Below, piece by piece: positions 62,559 through 64,000 of a stretch of DNA of 64,000 bases. The stretch comes from a virus (taxonomy: Duplodnaviria > Caudoviricetes), in IMG/VR virus record IMGVR_UViG_3300012921_000046, positions 629 to 64,628 of that record. The stretch is one strand, 5' to 3'. The translations under genes were made by a program, and so were the position numbers. How positions within the stretch are numbered: position 1 is the first letter of the stretch; each line of letters starts with the position of its first letter. A model generated the notes under the pieces. It worked only from the letters and a program-made list of their open reading frames with translations. It ran no database searches and was not told the DNA's origin.

Positions 62559-62627
62559 TGTCCTATCTATAGTCTATTATAGCACCATATTACAGCTTTG
62601 TCTAGGGGTTTAGGGCGTCTCTATGCG
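62559..62627 (-). promoter_or_regulatory. Promoter/operator cassette D
   Basis: TAGACA-17-TATAAT plus degenerate TGTCCTATCTATAGTCTA. Confidence 0.8.
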
Positions 62628-62713
62628 AAAATCGCCCATATCCGTGGGCGCACAAAAAGGCCCACCCCGGGTGGCCGGAGCGGGTCTTTGTGCCAGAAGG
62701 ATCAGTGCAGATG

Positions 62714-63226
62714 TTACGGACCTATTAAATCCCCTTCTGTTGTAATATCCCTTGTCTTTCTTCGTTTTTTAAGCTTCCTACACATTCTCTCGAAATCGAC
62801 GAATAAGAAGGTTTGGTCGTCCTCGTGTTGAATTCTCGCATGTCGAATATAGGGATCAAGGCGTTCGCGCATTTTTATGAAGTAGTGACCTGACATCCGA
62901 TTTACAATCTTGGCATCGTATACGTGCGTATTCACCCCAACTGCGAGATGTTCTACTATAGAAAGCAACTCTCTAATATCTGTTATTGAATCCTTGTCTA
63001 CTGTATGGATGTCGATAATCTGATCGCCATACTTCTGAGCTAGACCCTCGTTAAGCTCGCGGTACAACTTTCGGATCGTATTTACATATTCAATTGTAGA
63101 TTGCTTCTTGCGTCTGGCATGGTCAAGGTAAGTGGTGATGCAAAGGGCGAGTAGCTCCGCGAGTGCAATGATAACTGCGGCATATGCAAAATACAGAGTT
63201 CCACGTTCATATCCCGTCATTGTCAA
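62714..63226 (-). CDS. Low-GC membrane-anchored protein (DUF4760-like)
   Basis: N-terminal TM helix; LLSIVEHLAVGVNTHVYD...YI...FERM pattern; AT-rich. Confidence 0.7.
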   Translation of the reverse strand: MTMTGYERGTLYFAYAAVIIALAELLALCITTYLDHARRKKQSTIEYVNTIRKLYRELNEGLAQKYGDQIIDIHTVDKDSITDIRELLSIVEHLAVGVNTHVYDAKIVNRMSGHYFIKMRERLDPYIRHARIQHEDDQTFLFVDFERMCRKLKKRRKTRDITTEGDLIGP

Positions 63227-63322
63227 CCCTCTTTATCGAATGTGATGCGGCCGTTCAACGGTGTTGTATTGAACGGCTGCAATCGATAATATCTAATTCA
63301 GTGGGTTAACAAAAGATGTCAA

Positions 63323-64000
63323 TTAACCAGTCAGGTAAGGCTCGCGCGGCTCGACGTGCTCGACGCGCCGGCCGCGGTACCAGCGGCGCTCCTCGGGGTC
63401 GAAGGCGGCCCAGATGATAGCACGGCCCACCCGGATCTGCTCCGGCCGGAGCTGGCCGTAGACGAAGTCGCGCGCGGTGCCGTCGGACTCGGGGTCGCTG
63501 AACGGCTCAGCTGGGCGGATGGCGCGACCCGGGCGCAGGGTGCGGATCGCGCGGCGCGGGTCGTCGACCATGTGGGGCTCGGCGGCCGGCACGGACTCGT
63601 GGGTGTCGAACAGGTGGAGCTGGCCCAGCTCGTCGCCGAGCAGAGTCGCGCCGCTGCGCTCGTCCTGGTACAGCAGGGTCGCGCCACGAATGCAGCGGTC
63701 GGCCGCCACTACCTCGTCAGCACTGCTGACGACGATCAGCCAGGTTGTGGGCGCGGGATCGTCGAGGCGATGCACGTGCATCGTGCGCGTGCTCTCCGTG
63801 CCGGCCATCCCTGGCGCCCAGGGGTCGGTGACGCGGACGAGCTGGAGCGCGGGGCCGGCCAGCTCTGCGAAGAGCTCAGCGCCCAGGGCCTCACGCAGCC
63901 CGTCGTGCCACTGGTCGAGGGACGCGCCGCGCTCGATGTCCTGGGCCAGCATGGTGAGCGCGAAGTGCTGGGCCGGGGTGATGATCAGCAGGTTAGGCAT
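63323..64000 (-). CDS. Hypothetical protein (start at the window edge)
   Basis: ORF track 225 aa, high-GC codon use. Confidence 0.6.
   Translation of the reverse strand: MPNLLIITPAQHFALTMLAQDIERGASLDQWHDGLREALGAELFAELAGPALQLVRVTDPWAPGMAGTESTRTMHVHRLDDPAPTTWLIVVSSADEVVAADRCIRGATLLYQDERSGATLLGDELGQLHLFDTHESVPAAEPHMVDDPRRAIRTLRPGRAIRPAEPFSDPESDGTARDFVYGQLRPEQIRVGRAIIWAAFDPEERRWYRGRRVEHVEPREPYLTG

Larger units (their letters stand above)
1396..64000 (-). mobile_element. Temperate siphovirus-like prophage (right end outside window)
   Basis: att core, int/xis, repressor, prim-pol, terminase, portal, capsid, tail tube, tape measure and tail fibre in a phage-like order. Confidence 0.93.

Noticed and set aside
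1-64000. Host assignment (Chloroflexota suspected from protein style)
   Set aside because: There are no rRNA or core marker genes in the window, so it cannot be supported without a search.

Overview
A high-GC temperate siphovirus-like prophage fills almost the whole window (about 1.4-64 kb, mostly on the minus strand) and its right end is not reached. The left boundary is a 42-bp 3' half of tRNA-Ala(TGC) at 1396-1437. This att core lies between two converging tyrosine integrases, suggesting tandem elements in one tRNA. Modules from left to right: integrase/excisionase; early genes with three DNA methyltransferases, a PAPS-reductase-family protein, MazG and a MYG1/DHH-like protein; primase-polymerase/helicase; XRE repressor; tail and tape measure; a 5-kb accessory insert; head genes with an initiator-like tRNA-Met; portal and terminase; and plasmid-leading-region-like genes (DUF488, ParB, DUF932, RadC) behind four copies of one promoter cassette. 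The main result is in the accessory insert: a solo Cas7/RAMP-like gene (35158-35742) followed directly by a perfect (GGY-NN)x13 pentamer array (35071-35133). A second 17-unit array (38533-38615) shares its 5' handle and 3' end. This matches what I recall of phage VIPR-type non-contiguous RNA-guided systems, with no CRISPR array or other cas gene present. Other unexplained structure includes a genome-wide 18-bp operator (TGTCCT-N6-AGGACA, 12 copies), a duplicated 346-bp non-coding element with a 20/21-bp inverted repeat, an in-frame amber codon splitting the tail fibre, and a roughly 30-aa module shared by the tape measure protein and a GNAT protein. Family assignments come from motif recognition by eye; no database searches were run.
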